DNA from: an uncultured delta proteobacterium
Lineage (GTDB): Bacteria; Myxococcota_A; Polyangia; Polyangiales; Polyangiaceae
Assembly (NCBI GenBank): GCA_963850305.1
Contig: CAWKKR010000008.1
Location: 96,001-160,000 of the forward strand
Length of the DNA: 64,000 nucleotides
Direction of reading: 5' to 3'
Part shown: one piece after another, positions 40,464 through 51,635 of the stretch
Layout of the letters: each line of letters begins with the position of its first letter
How positions within the stretch are numbered: the first letter of the stretch is position 1
Translations under genes and position numbers: made by a program
The notes under the pieces: model-generated
What the model was told of the DNA's origin: nothing
Databases searched by the model: none
What the model saw: the letters and a program-made list of their open reading frames with translations, nothing else

Positions 40464-41566
40464 GGTCCCCGTTCCCTCGTCTCGTTCGACGGTGGAAGAA
40501 TGCCCGGCCCCGCCCCTCGGACCGGAACGACTCGGGGGAGCAACACTTCCGGCGAGGTGACGTCGAATCGAAGGGATTTGATGAACTCGACGATGGCGGC
40601 AACCTCTGGCTCCGGAAGCACGCCTTGATACACGGGCATCACCGGCGCGTACCCGGCGACGACGTCGGCAAGCGGATCCATCATGCTCCGCGTGAGGTAA
40701 TCCTCGTCCGCTCGAACGACATGGCCGCCCGTCAGCGGAACGAGGCTCTCGTAGAGGCCCTGCCACGTCGGACCGATGTGCTTCTGGCCGTCGATGGTGT
40801 GGCAAGAAAAGCACCCGTACCGCGACGCGGCGGCCCTGCCGTCATCGGACATGCTCGTGAGCCCCTGCGCGCCGACGACGCCACCCGCGAGCTCCGGCTG
40901 AGCGCCTGCGTGCGACACCGCGGGCACATCCTGCCCGGCGAGAAACCGCTCGTAGTCGGGCGCGTCGAGGACGACGATCGATGCCCACATGCGCGAATGA
41001 TCGAGCCCGCAATACTCCGCGCAGTAGACAGGGTACGTCCCCGAGCGGTCGGCGTTGAACCAGAACGACGTGTAACGCCCGGGGACCACGTCTTGCTTCA
41101 GCCGGAAAGCCGGCACGTAAAAGCTGTGCACGACGTCGCGCGACGTCAGCAGCAGGCGGACGGTCTTGCCGCGCGGAACGACGAGCACGTCCGCCGAGCG
41201 CTCGCCGTCCGGCCGAGAAAACTTCCACATCCACTGCTTCGCGGTCACGTACACCTCCATGCTGCGCCGGGGCGGCGTCTCCAGCGCGACGTATTGCCGG
41301 AACCCGATGACCCACCAGAGGATGAACAGCGACAGCAAGCCGAAACCGACGCCGAGCTCGACCCCTCTCGGAATCGAAACGTTCGGGGTCGGCTCTTCGA
41401 GACCCCGCGCGCGGTAGCGAACGATGAACGAGAGCGCAACCGTCGCGACGGCGAAGACGCCGACGAACGTGACCGAGATGACGAAGAAGTGAAGTCGATC
41501 GACGTCGCGGGCCGCGTGGGTCGCCTCGACCGGTAAAAACAGCAGCCGCCGGAAGAGCTCTTGCAT
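40460..41566 (-). CDS. coxB: Cytochrome c oxidase subunit II with fused cytochrome c (caa3 type)
   Basis: KQWMW, DVVHSF, CuA motif CAEYCGLDHSRM, C-terminal CFSCH. Confidence 0.96.
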   Translation of the reverse strand: MQELFRRLLFLPVEATHAARDVDRLHFFVISVTFVGVFAVATVALSFIVRYRARGLEEPTPNVSIPRGVELGVGFGLLSLFILWWVIGFRQYVALETPPRRSMEVYVTAKQWMWKFSRPDGERSADVLVVPRGKTVRLLLTSRDVVHSFYVPAFRLKQDVVPGRYTSFWFNADRSGTYPVYCAEYCGLDHSRMWASIVVLDAPDYERFLAGQDVPAVSHAGAQPELAGGVVGAQGLTSMSDDGRAAASRYGCFSCHTIDGQKHIGPTWQGLYESLVPLTGGHVVRADEDYLTRSMMDPLADVVAGYAPVMPVYQGVLPEPEVAAIVEFIKSLRFDVTSPEVLLPRVVPVRGAGPGILPPSNETRERGP

Positions 41567-41994
41567 CAGCGCCTCGTTCCTGGAGGAACGCCGGCGTCGC
41601 CCACCGTCGCTGGATCGGGAGCTTCGAGCTTGCCGTCCTGCGCGTCCCTCACCAGCCAGGCCATCGCCTGCCCGATCGGGATCGTCGCCACGCCGTGCTT
41701 TCGATCGACCCAGCCGTACCGGTCGAGGGCCGCGAGCGCACGGGCGTTGCGCGCTTCGCCGCGCGGTGCGCCGCGGATCGACGTCTGTTCGATCCCGGCG
41801 ATGGCCGGCGCCGCGGGATACCCGGGGACGTACTCCCTTCCGAGCTCGCGGCGTTCGGTCCGGAGCATCAGCACGACGGCGAGCACGCAACCGAGCGTCA
41901 CGATGACGGCTCCGATGATGACCTCGAGCACCAGACGCCCATGAAGGCCCTCGGGTTCCTGCCGGACCGGTTCCGCGGGCTCGTCGTGACTCAT
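41566..41994 (-). CDS. Single-TM protein at the ActG position
   Basis: One TM helix, YGWVDRK.G...IPI..AM; lies between actF and coxB. Confidence 0.65.
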   Translation of the reverse strand: MSHDEPAEPVRQEPEGLHGRLVLEVIIGAVIVTLGCVLAVVLMLRTERRELGREYVPGYPAAPAIAGIEQTSIRGAPRGEARNARALAALDRYGWVDRKHGVATIPIGQAMAWLVRDAQDGKLEAPDPATVGDAGVPPGTRR

Positions 41995-43154
41995 GTCGCC
42001 TCGTATCGGAGACATTCTTCGAGAGTGGGATCCTGGACGGGATACGCGGCATGACCGCGCGCGCGGAACGCGCCGAACGCAACGAGCGCCCCGACGACCG
42101 CGGCGAGCGAGCAGCCATCCAGGACGCTCACGCGGAAGTGCCGGGGCTCGAATGCTGGAAGAACCAGGTAATAGACGTCGACCATGTGGATGGCGACTAT
42201 CCACGCGCTCATCGCGAAAAATGGAGCGGCGCGCCGCTTGAGGTCTCGCTGGAGCAAGAAGAAGAATGGGAACCCCCAATGCAATACGAGGAGCACGACC
42301 CCGACCCACTCCCAGCCGCCGCGCCAGCGATTGACGTACCAGCTCACCTCGGAGGGCAGGTCCGCGACCCATTGGAGAAAGAGCTGTATCCAAGCGATGT
42401 ACGTCCAGAAGACGATCATCGCGAGCTGGAGCCGGCCTACTGCATGATAGTGCTCCACGGAAACACCGGCCGGTAGCGCGCCGCGGCGCTTATCCACCAC
42501 CAGCATCACTCCGAGCAAACCGAGCGCCGCCACGAATCCGCCCGCGAAGATGTAGACGCCGTAGACGTTCGAAGACCACGTGGGCTCGAGGCTCATCCAC
42601 CAGTCGACCGACGTGAGCGTGACGACGAGAGAGAGGAACGACAGCCCTCCGGCTCCGAGCGCCACCATCCGGCGACGGAGCCCGTCCGCCGCCGCCGCAT
42701 CGCGATCTTGCCGGAGGGACCAGCGGCGAAGCAGCTCGGAAATGGAGATGAAGATCGCGAAGTAGACCGCCGCTCGAGCCACGAAGAACGGCTCGTTGAG
42801 CCATTGCGTCTTTCGCGACAGGAGTTCACGGTCGACCGCACCGAGCGTCGTTATCCGCATCCATGGGTACAGCCACTTCATCGACGCGAGGACGGGCAGG
42901 AAGAGCACCGCCAAGAGCGGCATGACTCCGACGACATGCTCGGTGGACCGGCGCAGCGCGACGAACCATCTGGCGTCGGATGCGTGCCCGATCATCAGCA
43001 CGAAGAGCGAACCGATGACGATTGTGAACGCATAGGTGTACGAAAACAGGTAAGCGAAGCTCGCGCGTTCGGGGTTGCTCACGAAGCCGAGCCCCGTCGG
43101 AACCCCGCCGACCACGGCGGCTAGCAGCCCGAAGAGAATGAGTCGCCGGGTCAT
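41991..43154 (-). CDS. actF: Alternative complex III subunit F
   Basis: About 10 TM helices, LYPW, WLNEPFFVAR, DWWMSLEPTW.S, FWTY. Confidence 0.88.
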   Translation of the reverse strand: MTRRLILFGLLAAVVGGVPTGLGFVSNPERASFAYLFSYTYAFTIVIGSLFVLMIGHASDARWFVALRRSTEHVVGVMPLLAVLFLPVLASMKWLYPWMRITTLGAVDRELLSRKTQWLNEPFFVARAAVYFAIFISISELLRRWSLRQDRDAAAADGLRRRMVALGAGGLSFLSLVVTLTSVDWWMSLEPTWSSNVYGVYIFAGGFVAALGLLGVMLVVDKRRGALPAGVSVEHYHAVGRLQLAMIVFWTYIAWIQLFLQWVADLPSEVSWYVNRWRGGWEWVGVVLLVLHWGFPFFFLLQRDLKRRAAPFFAMSAWIVAIHMVDVYYLVLPAFEPRHFRVSVLDGCSLAAVVGALVAFGAFRARGHAAYPVQDPTLEECLRYEAT

Positions 43155-43768
43155 GGTGCGTTCCTCGCGAGCTCGCCCTGGATGTCCCGAGGCAGACGCG
43201 CGACGATGGCGTGCCGGCTTCGCTGGAGCGCCCGCACGTACGCCACGACGGCCCAGCGATCGCGCAAGTCGAAATGCGTCCCGTATTGCGGCATGAAGCC
43301 ATAGCCGTCGCGGATGACCTCGTAAATCCGACCATCCGGCAGCTCCCGGATGCGACGTTCCTCGAGTGACGGCGGCCTCCGTCCCATGAACCCCGCGACG
43401 ACGCTGTCTCCATCCCCCTCGACCCCGTGACAGGCCGCGCACACGATCTCGAACTGTTCACGCCCGCGCTCGACTAGGGACTCGGTGACGACCAGCGGAA
43501 ACGCCGCGACGTAGGCCCCGTCCAGCACGCCATCCTCGACCGCTCCGTCAACTGGAACGGTCGAATACGCAACGGTGCCCGGGACGGCTGGGCGCATCGC
43601 CATACCGTCGGCGAAGAACGGACTCGGTGCATACGGGTCGTACCGCGGCTGCACTTGCATCCGGTTCCAGCTGAAATCGAGCTTCCGGAACACGTTTCGC
43701 GAGCGGCACCCCGCGACGAGCGCGGGGGCGAGCGCCACCATGGCGGCCATTGCGCGCGGTCGAATCAC
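43151..43768 (-). CDS. actE: Alternative complex III subunit E (monoheme cytochrome c lipoprotein)
   Basis: Lipobox VAGC, MQVQPRY, CAACHG, GFMP.Y, DRWAVVAYVRALQ. Confidence 0.9.
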   Translation of the reverse strand: MIRPRAMAAMVALAPALVAGCRSRNVFRKLDFSWNRMQVQPRYDPYAPSPFFADGMAMRPAVPGTVAYSTVPVDGAVEDGVLDGAYVAAFPLVVTESLVERGREQFEIVCAACHGVEGDGDSVVAGFMGRRPPSLEERRIRELPDGRIYEVIRDGYGFMPQYGTHFDLRDRWAVVAYVRALQRSRHAIVARLPRDIQGELARNAP

Positions 43769-44281
43769 GGCGACCCTCCTTCCAGGTCGACCACGACGCT
43801 CCGAAGAGCCCCGAGGCGCCCCAACTCCACCTCGAGCTCGCCCAGGTCCCCGGGTCGCGCCGCCGCGTCCACCACGACGAAGAACCGGTCCACCGACGCG
43901 CGCTCGAACCCCTCCACCTCGAACGACGGATGCCATAGCCTCGGAAGGCGGCAGAACCGCAGCACGCCGAAGAACGCCGCGCCCGCCGCGAACAGGACCG
44001 TCGTCTCGAACGTGATGCCGACGTAAGCGGGAACGGCGTTCGTCGGGTGCCCGCCGACGTCGAGCGGAAAGTCCACGTTCTGTGTCCACCACAGGATCAG
44101 ATAAGCGACGCCCGCGCCGATGAGCCCGAAGAGGAGAACCCATTTCGGCAACGGAGATTTGGGCAGGGCGAGCGCCTCTTCGATGTTCCTGGCCGCGTAC
44201 GGCATGTACGCATCGAGGTTCGAATACCCTCGCGCCCTGAGCGCCGTGATCGCCCGGGCGCAGACGTCGGAAGAGTCGAAC

Positions 44282-44304
<23 letters not shown>
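43765..44304 (-). CDS. actD: Alternative complex III subunit D (DUF3341)
   Basis: [39 protein letters not shown]. Confidence 0.9.
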
Positions 44305-45669
<1,365 letters not shown>

Positions 45670-45673
<4 letters not shown>

Positions 45674-48627
45674 GTCTCGAGCTCCGGGTTCGGGTTCGAG
45701 ATGCGCGCGAGGTAACGGGTTCGCGGCCGCGTGCCGACGTCGTCGAGGACGGCGTACGTTCGCACGTCCGCGTGGAGCCGCGAAACCTCCGAGCGCAGGT
45801 CCGCGACGTTACCGAACACGATGGCTTGCGTGGGGCAGGTTTGCTGGCACGCGGTGCGGACATCGCCGTCGCGGAGAGGTCTCTTTTCGAGCTCCGCGTC
45901 GATCTGCGCGCGGCGGATCCGCTGCACGCAGTACGTGCACTTCTCCATCACGCCGCGACCCCGGACGGTGACGTCCGGGTTCTTCCCCATGCGCTCCGTC
46001 TCCGGAACGTCCTGGTTATAGCTGAAGAAGTTGAACCGGCGGACCTTGTACGGACAATTGTTCGAACAGAACCGCGTGCCGACGCACCGGTTGTAGATCA
46101 TCTCGTTGAGTCCATCCGGACTGTGGACCGTGGCGTTGACGGGACAGACGTACTCGCACGGCGCCTTCTCGCAGTGCTGGCAGAGCATCGGCTGGAGGTC
46201 GACCACGGGCGCGCCGGGCTCCCCCCCGTAATAACGGTCGAGCCGGATCCAGTACATCTCGCGAAACAGCGCGACGTTCTCCTTGCCGACGACCGGGATG
46301 TTGTTCTCGACGGCGCAGGCGACAATGCAAGCACTGCATCCGGTGCAGGCATTGAGGTCGATCGACATGCCCCATTGCGGGCTCCCGTGCAGGCGGTTCG
46401 GTAAGATCGAAAGGGGGTTTCGATTGAACTCGCCGGCAAACCCGGGATCGGCCGTGAGCGCGGCCAGCGTCCTTCTGAGGGCAATCGGCCGGTCATGCTG
46501 ATTGGCCTCGGTTTGCGTGGTGACGATCGGAACGCGCGATCCCGTCTTCGCGATCTGCACGCCGGCGGTGAACCACGGTGAATCGACGGACCGCAGCGGA
46601 GCAGCGTCGGTTCCGACGCCGCGCCCCACGCTGCCGCCCGCGCGACGCCCGTGCCCGAGCAACACCGTGACCGCGCCGTCTGCGTGCCCTGGCTGCACGA
46701 ACGCGGGCAATTCGATCTTCCCTCCGGCGGCGCGGAGCGCGACGACGTCTCCGTTCGTCACCCCGAGTCTTTGCGCCATCACCCCCGAGAGCAGCGCCGC
46801 ATTGCCCCACACGATCTTGGTGATGGGTTCGGCAAGCTCTTGAAGCCAGGCGACGTTGGCTCCATCGCCGTCGCCGATGCGCGGATCCAGCGCGAAGTCG
46901 ACCTCGACCCCCGGCGCGCTCGGCGGGGGATTCGCGACGGCAGAGGCCACGTGCTTCCAGTCGACGGCCGGCGCCGACGCGGGCGACACCGTGTCGGGCA
47001 GAAGCCCGCGCCGGAGCGCGGCGTCGAGTGTCGTTTCCGACCTCCGTCTTGCCAGCTCGGCGTCGAAGCGGTCCCGGAGCAGGTGTCGCCCGTTTCGCTC
47101 GAAGTCCCCGAGAAGTGCGGCGAGCACTTCTGCGACGCTCTTTCCGTCGTAAAGGGGGGAAATGAGCGGTTGCGCGAACGTGACCGTGCCGTCGTATCCG
47201 CGCCCGTCGCCAAAGCGTTCCAGCGGATGCGCGGCGGGCAAGAACCACGTCGAGTGCCGGGCCGTCTCGTCCTCGTAGAGCGACAGGACCACGCGCTCTC
47301 GGATCTTCTGGAGCCGCGACGAAAAGTGCGCGGCTCCCGGGAGCGTGTACGCGGGGTTCGGTCCGAGCACGAAGAGCGTGTCCACCTTTCCCGCGTCGAT
47401 GGCGGCGAGGAGCGTCGATGGCCGATAGGAGCTCGAGCCCGCGTCCGGCATCGGCGGACGCGTGAACGAGACGATCGTGCCCGCCGAGCCCAGAGCCTCG
47501 TTCAAGGCGTGACCCAGGACGTGGACGGCCGGCGGCTGGCGAGCTCCGACGACCACGACGCACTCGCCGCGATGCGCGGCGAGGTCCCGCGCCGCGGCTT
47601 CGACCCAGGCCCGGCGCGGGTGCGCGCCGAGGAAGTGTCCGAGGTTCTCGTCCACTCCGCTTGCCGCGGGGACGGGCGACAGCGTGAGCACTGCCGAGAG
47701 GAGCGCCGCAGCCAGCGCGAACACTTCGCTCGCCGCGACGGCGAGCCGGTGCTCGGCCGCGGCACCGGTCACGGTGAGGTGCGACTCGACCACGTATAGG
47801 CGATTCGACGAGCCTCCCGGCTTCACCGCGCGGCGCGCCCGCATGAACCGTCGTGCCCAGGAAAGACTCATCGGTTCGTCGATCAAAAAGTCGGCATCGA
47901 GCGCGACCACCACCTTCGCGCGATCGAACCGATATTGCGGGTCCATCGCCGCTCCGAACGCGGCCTGCGCGCCTTCCCACCTCGATTCGACACCCGACGT
48001 CGAGTGGTAGAAAATCGAGAGCGCCGGGTAGCGTTGCCGGAGCCGCTCGACGAGGGACGCCTCGACGGCCGAGGAAGAGGGCTTCAGCAACAGCGCGAGC
48101 CCTTTCCCGCCGCTCGCGATCCAGGGCGCATTCGACGACGGTCCGAACGCGGCCGCGAATTCTTCGAACGACCTCGGCTCACCGCGCTGGTGGATCGCCT
48201 TGGCTCGCTCCGGGTCGTAGAGGGAAAGGATGGCCGACTGCTCGTGTATCCCCGCAGCGCCGAGGCTCGCAGGGTGTTCGGGGTGCCCTTCGATCTTCGT
48301 CGGTCGCCCCTCGTGACTCTCCGCGAGTATTCCGACGGCGTAGCCCTGCCGCTCCGAACTCGTTGCAAAGTAGCGAGCGACGCCGGGGACGACCTCCGGG
48401 GGACGATGAACGTACGAGAGGAGCTCCTGGCGCGGCGGCTTCGAGCAGGCATCGACGCCGAGCGACGACACGCTCGCGCCCAGCCACCACACGAACCGTC
48501 TACGCGAGAGCGCCGACGCCGGCACGAGCTCCGACGCCCCCGAACCGCGCTCGAGCGGGAGAGGCTCTTCGGCCTCGGCGAATGGTGCGTTGGGCGGCGG
48601 CCGAGCGGACATCGGATACTCCTTCAC
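45670..48627 (-). CDS. actB: Alternative complex III subunit B (molybdopterin-oxidoreductase-like + Fe-S domain)
   Basis: Tat-like [64 protein letters not shown]. Confidence 0.93.
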
Positions 48628-49319
48628 CGGTGGCATCCCGTGCAGTTCACGGGAGGGTCGATGGAAAGCTGCTTTCGCAAACGCGCGCCGAGCACCTCCT
48701 GCGGCTCCGCGGGCACGTACCCCATGACGGTCACGAGCTCGGGGGGCCTGAGCTTCGCTTCCGGGTGGCGATGGCAATCGAGGCAAAAGCTCATCTGGAG
48801 ACTCTCCGCTTGATAGACGTTCGCCATCTCGTCGACGCGACCGTGACACGTCTCGCAACCCACCCCCTTGGCGACGTGAATGGCGTGGTTGAAGAAGACG
48901 AAGTCGGGCAGCAAGTTCACCTGCTCCCATCGGATCGGCCGGTGCTCGAACCAGCTCCGTCGAACGGGCTCGAGCATCGGGCTCTTCGTCCAGACCTGCG
49001 CGTGACAGCCTATGCAGAGCTCCGTTTCCGGCAAGCCCGCGTGCGGTGATCGCGCAACGTCGTAATGACAATAGCGGCAGGAAATCCCGTCGTCCCGGAC
49101 GTGGTGTCGATGGTCGAAGGAGACGGGCTGATCGATCTCCTCGCCTTGATTGGTGTGAAGAGGGCTCCTGACCCAGCCCATGAGGAAGCAGGGGGCGCCG
49201 ACGATGAAAGCCAGCACCGTCCACAAACCGGCGCGCGTTGCGGAATTTGCCCACCGCGGGAACGGCGCGCGACCCTGTGGTGCGTTCGGGGGATTCTCCA
49301 CGACGTCAAGCGTCTCCAA
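48624..49319 (-). CDS. actA: Alternative complex III subunit A (pentaheme cytochrome c)
   Basis: One TM helix plus five CxxCH motifs (CRYCH, CIGCH, CETCH, CLDCH, CTGCH). Confidence 0.93.
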   Translation of the reverse strand: METLDVVENPPNAPQGRAPFPRWANSATRAGLWTVLAFIVGAPCFLMGWVRSPLHTNQGEEIDQPVSFDHRHHVRDDGISCRYCHYDVARSPHAGLPETELCIGCHAQVWTKSPMLEPVRRSWFEHRPIRWEQVNLLPDFVFFNHAIHVAKGVGCETCHGRVDEMANVYQAESLQMSFCLDCHRHPEAKLRPPELVTVMGYVPAEPQEVLGARLRKQLSIDPPVNCTGCHR

Positions 49320-49631
49320 CGTCGGCGAGGCACGGCCATTTCACCGCCGCCCTCGTCAATTCGACAATTCCCGTGGACAGGTCACACAGCGGGCGAGCGC
49401 ATCGGACGGTCGCCCCGCGTGGGAGAGATCGCTAAGGCCACATCGTCACGCGTCAACGCCTCGACACCGGAACCGAGGGCCGATCTTGCCGACGGCTCGG
49501 GCGCGCAAAACGACGGCGCGCGATCGCGCGATTCTTGCCCGCGAGCAGACCGGGTGAACGGAACCTTGTGGCCGATTGCAGCCGAGCGTATGGACCGTTC
49601 ACACTCTCATCGATAACGCCGGAGGCAGGAC

Positions 49632-50165
49632 ATGACCGACGACAACGACGCGAGCTGCGTCGCGACTTTCGACCGTCACGAAGATGCGGAGTCCGCGATC
49701 CGAGAGCTCCAGAAGAGCGGCTTCGACATGAAGAAGCTCTCGATCGTGGGGCGTGACTACCACACGGAAGAACATGCGGTCGGCTTCTACAACGCCGGCG
49801 ATCGCGTGAGGTACTGGGGAAAGCAGGGAGCCTTCTGGGGCTCCGTGTTCGGCATTCTCTTCGCTCCCGCATTCTTCTTCATCCCCGGCCTCGGCCCGGT
49901 CCTCACCGGCGGCATTCTGGGCTCGATCCTGATGGGAACGCTCGAGGGAGCCGCCGTCGGTGCGGCTGTCGGCGGCGGAGGCGGCGTCCTCGCGGCGGCA
50001 TTCGCCAGCATGGGCATCCCGAAGGACAGCGTCCTCCGGTACGAGGCGAGCCTCAAGGCGAACAAGTTCCTCCTCATCGCTCACGGAACGGCGAAGGACG
50101 TCGAGCAGGCCAGGGCCTCGCTCGCGAACGCCAGGGCGAGCGAGATCGATGTGCACCTGCCCTGA
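49632..50165 (+). CDS. General stress protein (YflT/DUF1269-like membrane protein)
   Basis: GGAGG RBS; GFDMKKLSIVGRDYHTEEH..GFYN, Gly-rich TM region, GIPKDS..YE. Confidence 0.8.
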   Translation: MTDDNDASCVATFDRHEDAESAIRELQKSGFDMKKLSIVGRDYHTEEHAVGFYNAGDRVRYWGKQGAFWGSVFGILFAPAFFFIPGLGPVLTGGILGSILMGTLEGAAVGAAVGGGGGVLAAAFASMGIPKDSVLRYEASLKANKFLLIAHGTAKDVEQARASLANARASEIDVHLP

Positions 50166-50284
50166 GCGAAGCTACGAGGCGATCCTCCGTAGCTCGGCGA
50201 GGGCCTGAATGAGTTGATCGAATTCACTGAAAACGCGGAGCACGCGGCAACCGGCCACCCAGACCGGAAGCAACCTCCCACGAC

Positions 50285-50300
50285 TGGCAGGTCGATTGCA
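50285..50300 (+). promoter_or_regulatory. Sigma-54 (-24/-12) promoter candidate
   Basis: TGGCAGGTCGATTGCA fits TGGCACG-N4-TTGC(A/T) with exact GG-GC spacing, 46 nt upstream of ATG 50347. Confidence 0.6.
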
Positions 50301-50346
50301 GTCCACTTCCTGAGGCGAATCGAACGAATCGAAAGGACGCGACGAT

Positions 50347-50532
50347 ATGCCCCGGAAACACGACCTCGAAGACAAGCCTGCCTCGTACGAAGACGATCAG
50401 TCCCCCTACCACTGGCCCCGCGGCGTCATCGTCGGCTCGCGAGCAGGCCAACATGCGGCTCAGGCGCTCGCAGTGGTGCTCTTCATCGCGATGGTCGTCG
50501 TGTTCATCGTCATGGTGACGCATCATCCGTGA
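50347..50532 (+). CDS. Small single-TM hypothetical protein
   Basis: AAAGGA RBS; 61 aa with a C-terminal hydrophobic helix. Confidence 0.6.
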   Translation: MPRKHDLEDKPASYEDDQSPYHWPRGVIVGSRAGQHAAQALAVVLFIAMVVVFIVMVTHHP

Positions 50533-50562
50533 GCGGTACGGCGGTTGCTTACTCCCAACACC

Positions 50563-51237
50563 ATGAGCCAGGAGCGCGACCCGGCCGAGCCCCCGCACGA
50601 ACCGCCGATACTCAAGTTTTTCGCCGGCGTGGGGCTCGGCATGGCGGCACTCTTGCTCGCCGGCTCCGTCGCCCTCGTCGCGTTTGCCCAGGTACTCCCT
50701 GCCGTCTTCGTGTTCTTCCTCGCGCTCGGTCTCGGTGCATTCAGTCTCGCCGGATTCTACGGATCGACGGGTGAGTCCGACGACCAGCGCGAACGCCCCC
50801 AGGTCGTCGAAGAGAGCGCGTCGGGCGGAGAAGAATCCCCGGAAGACCGGAGCGACACTGGAGAAGAGCGGAGCGACGCTGGAAAAGTGCTCTGGCTCCT
50901 GAGCTTTCCCCTCGCGGCAATGTTCATTTACGCGGGTCTGCAACAGCTCGGGGGAGCGGAGTTCATCGTGCGCCGTTACGAAGCCTGGGGGTATCCGTGG
51001 GAGCTCCGCTGGGCCGTCGGGATCGTCGATCTGATCGGTGGCGTCTGGCTCGTCATTCCTCGGCTGGCACGGTTCGGCGCGCTCCTTTTGACTCCGATCG
51101 CGCTCGGCGCCGTCTATACATTTCTCGCTCGCGGACAGCCGATCCTGGTGCTCGTGCCCCTCGCAGCGCTGGGCCTGCTCGCGTTCGTAGCCTGGAAAGG
51201 GAGCCGCGAGGGCCCGCATCTTCATGCCCAGCACTGA
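50563..51237 (+). CDS. DoxX-like membrane protein with N-terminal extension
   Basis: C-terminal MFIYAG....WGYP..LRWAVG.VDL.GG..L..P, GAVYT; several TM helices. Confidence 0.7.
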   Translation: MSQERDPAEPPHEPPILKFFAGVGLGMAALLLAGSVALVAFAQVLPAVFVFFLALGLGAFSLAGFYGSTGESDDQRERPQVVEESASGGEESPEDRSDTGEERSDAGKVLWLLSFPLAAMFIYAGLQQLGGAEFIVRRYEAWGYPWELRWAVGIVDLIGGVWLVIPRLARFGALLLTPIALGAVYTFLARGQPILVLVPLAALGLLAFVAWKGSREGPHLHAQH

Positions 51238-51413
51238 CGCGGGGATCGAGATCCGTTCCCGTCCGTACCGTCGCGCCTCAGCGGCGTCGAAATTGCCTCG
51301 CATGGCGCGTCCGTCGCTTCCAGCCATGGTGTCATGCCGGGCCATGGCGGACGCGGAAGGGCAGGCCGCGCTCGGGTACCGGCCTGTTACGCGTGGCTTG
51401 CGCGATACCTTGG

Positions 51414-51633
51414 CGCGGATCGCACTCGACACATCGCGGACGTCGGTGCTCTGGCCGAGGACGGCAGCACTCCGGGCGAGGACGACCGTGGTCGAAGCAC
51501 GGACATGCGCGTCCTCGACGAGATCGACGCTGATCACGCCGCGGATGCGTCCGTCCTCGCCGCGGACGCGTCCATCCTGAGCGAGACTATCGCCGTCCTC
51601 GCCGCGGACGCGTCCGTCCTCGCCGCGGACGCG
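51414..51633. repeat. 21-bp tandem array, left part
   Basis: Units start every 21 nt from 51414, degenerate at first and converging on CGCGGACGCGTCCGTCCTCGC; cut by the IS. Confidence 0.9.
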
Positions 51634-51635
51634 GG

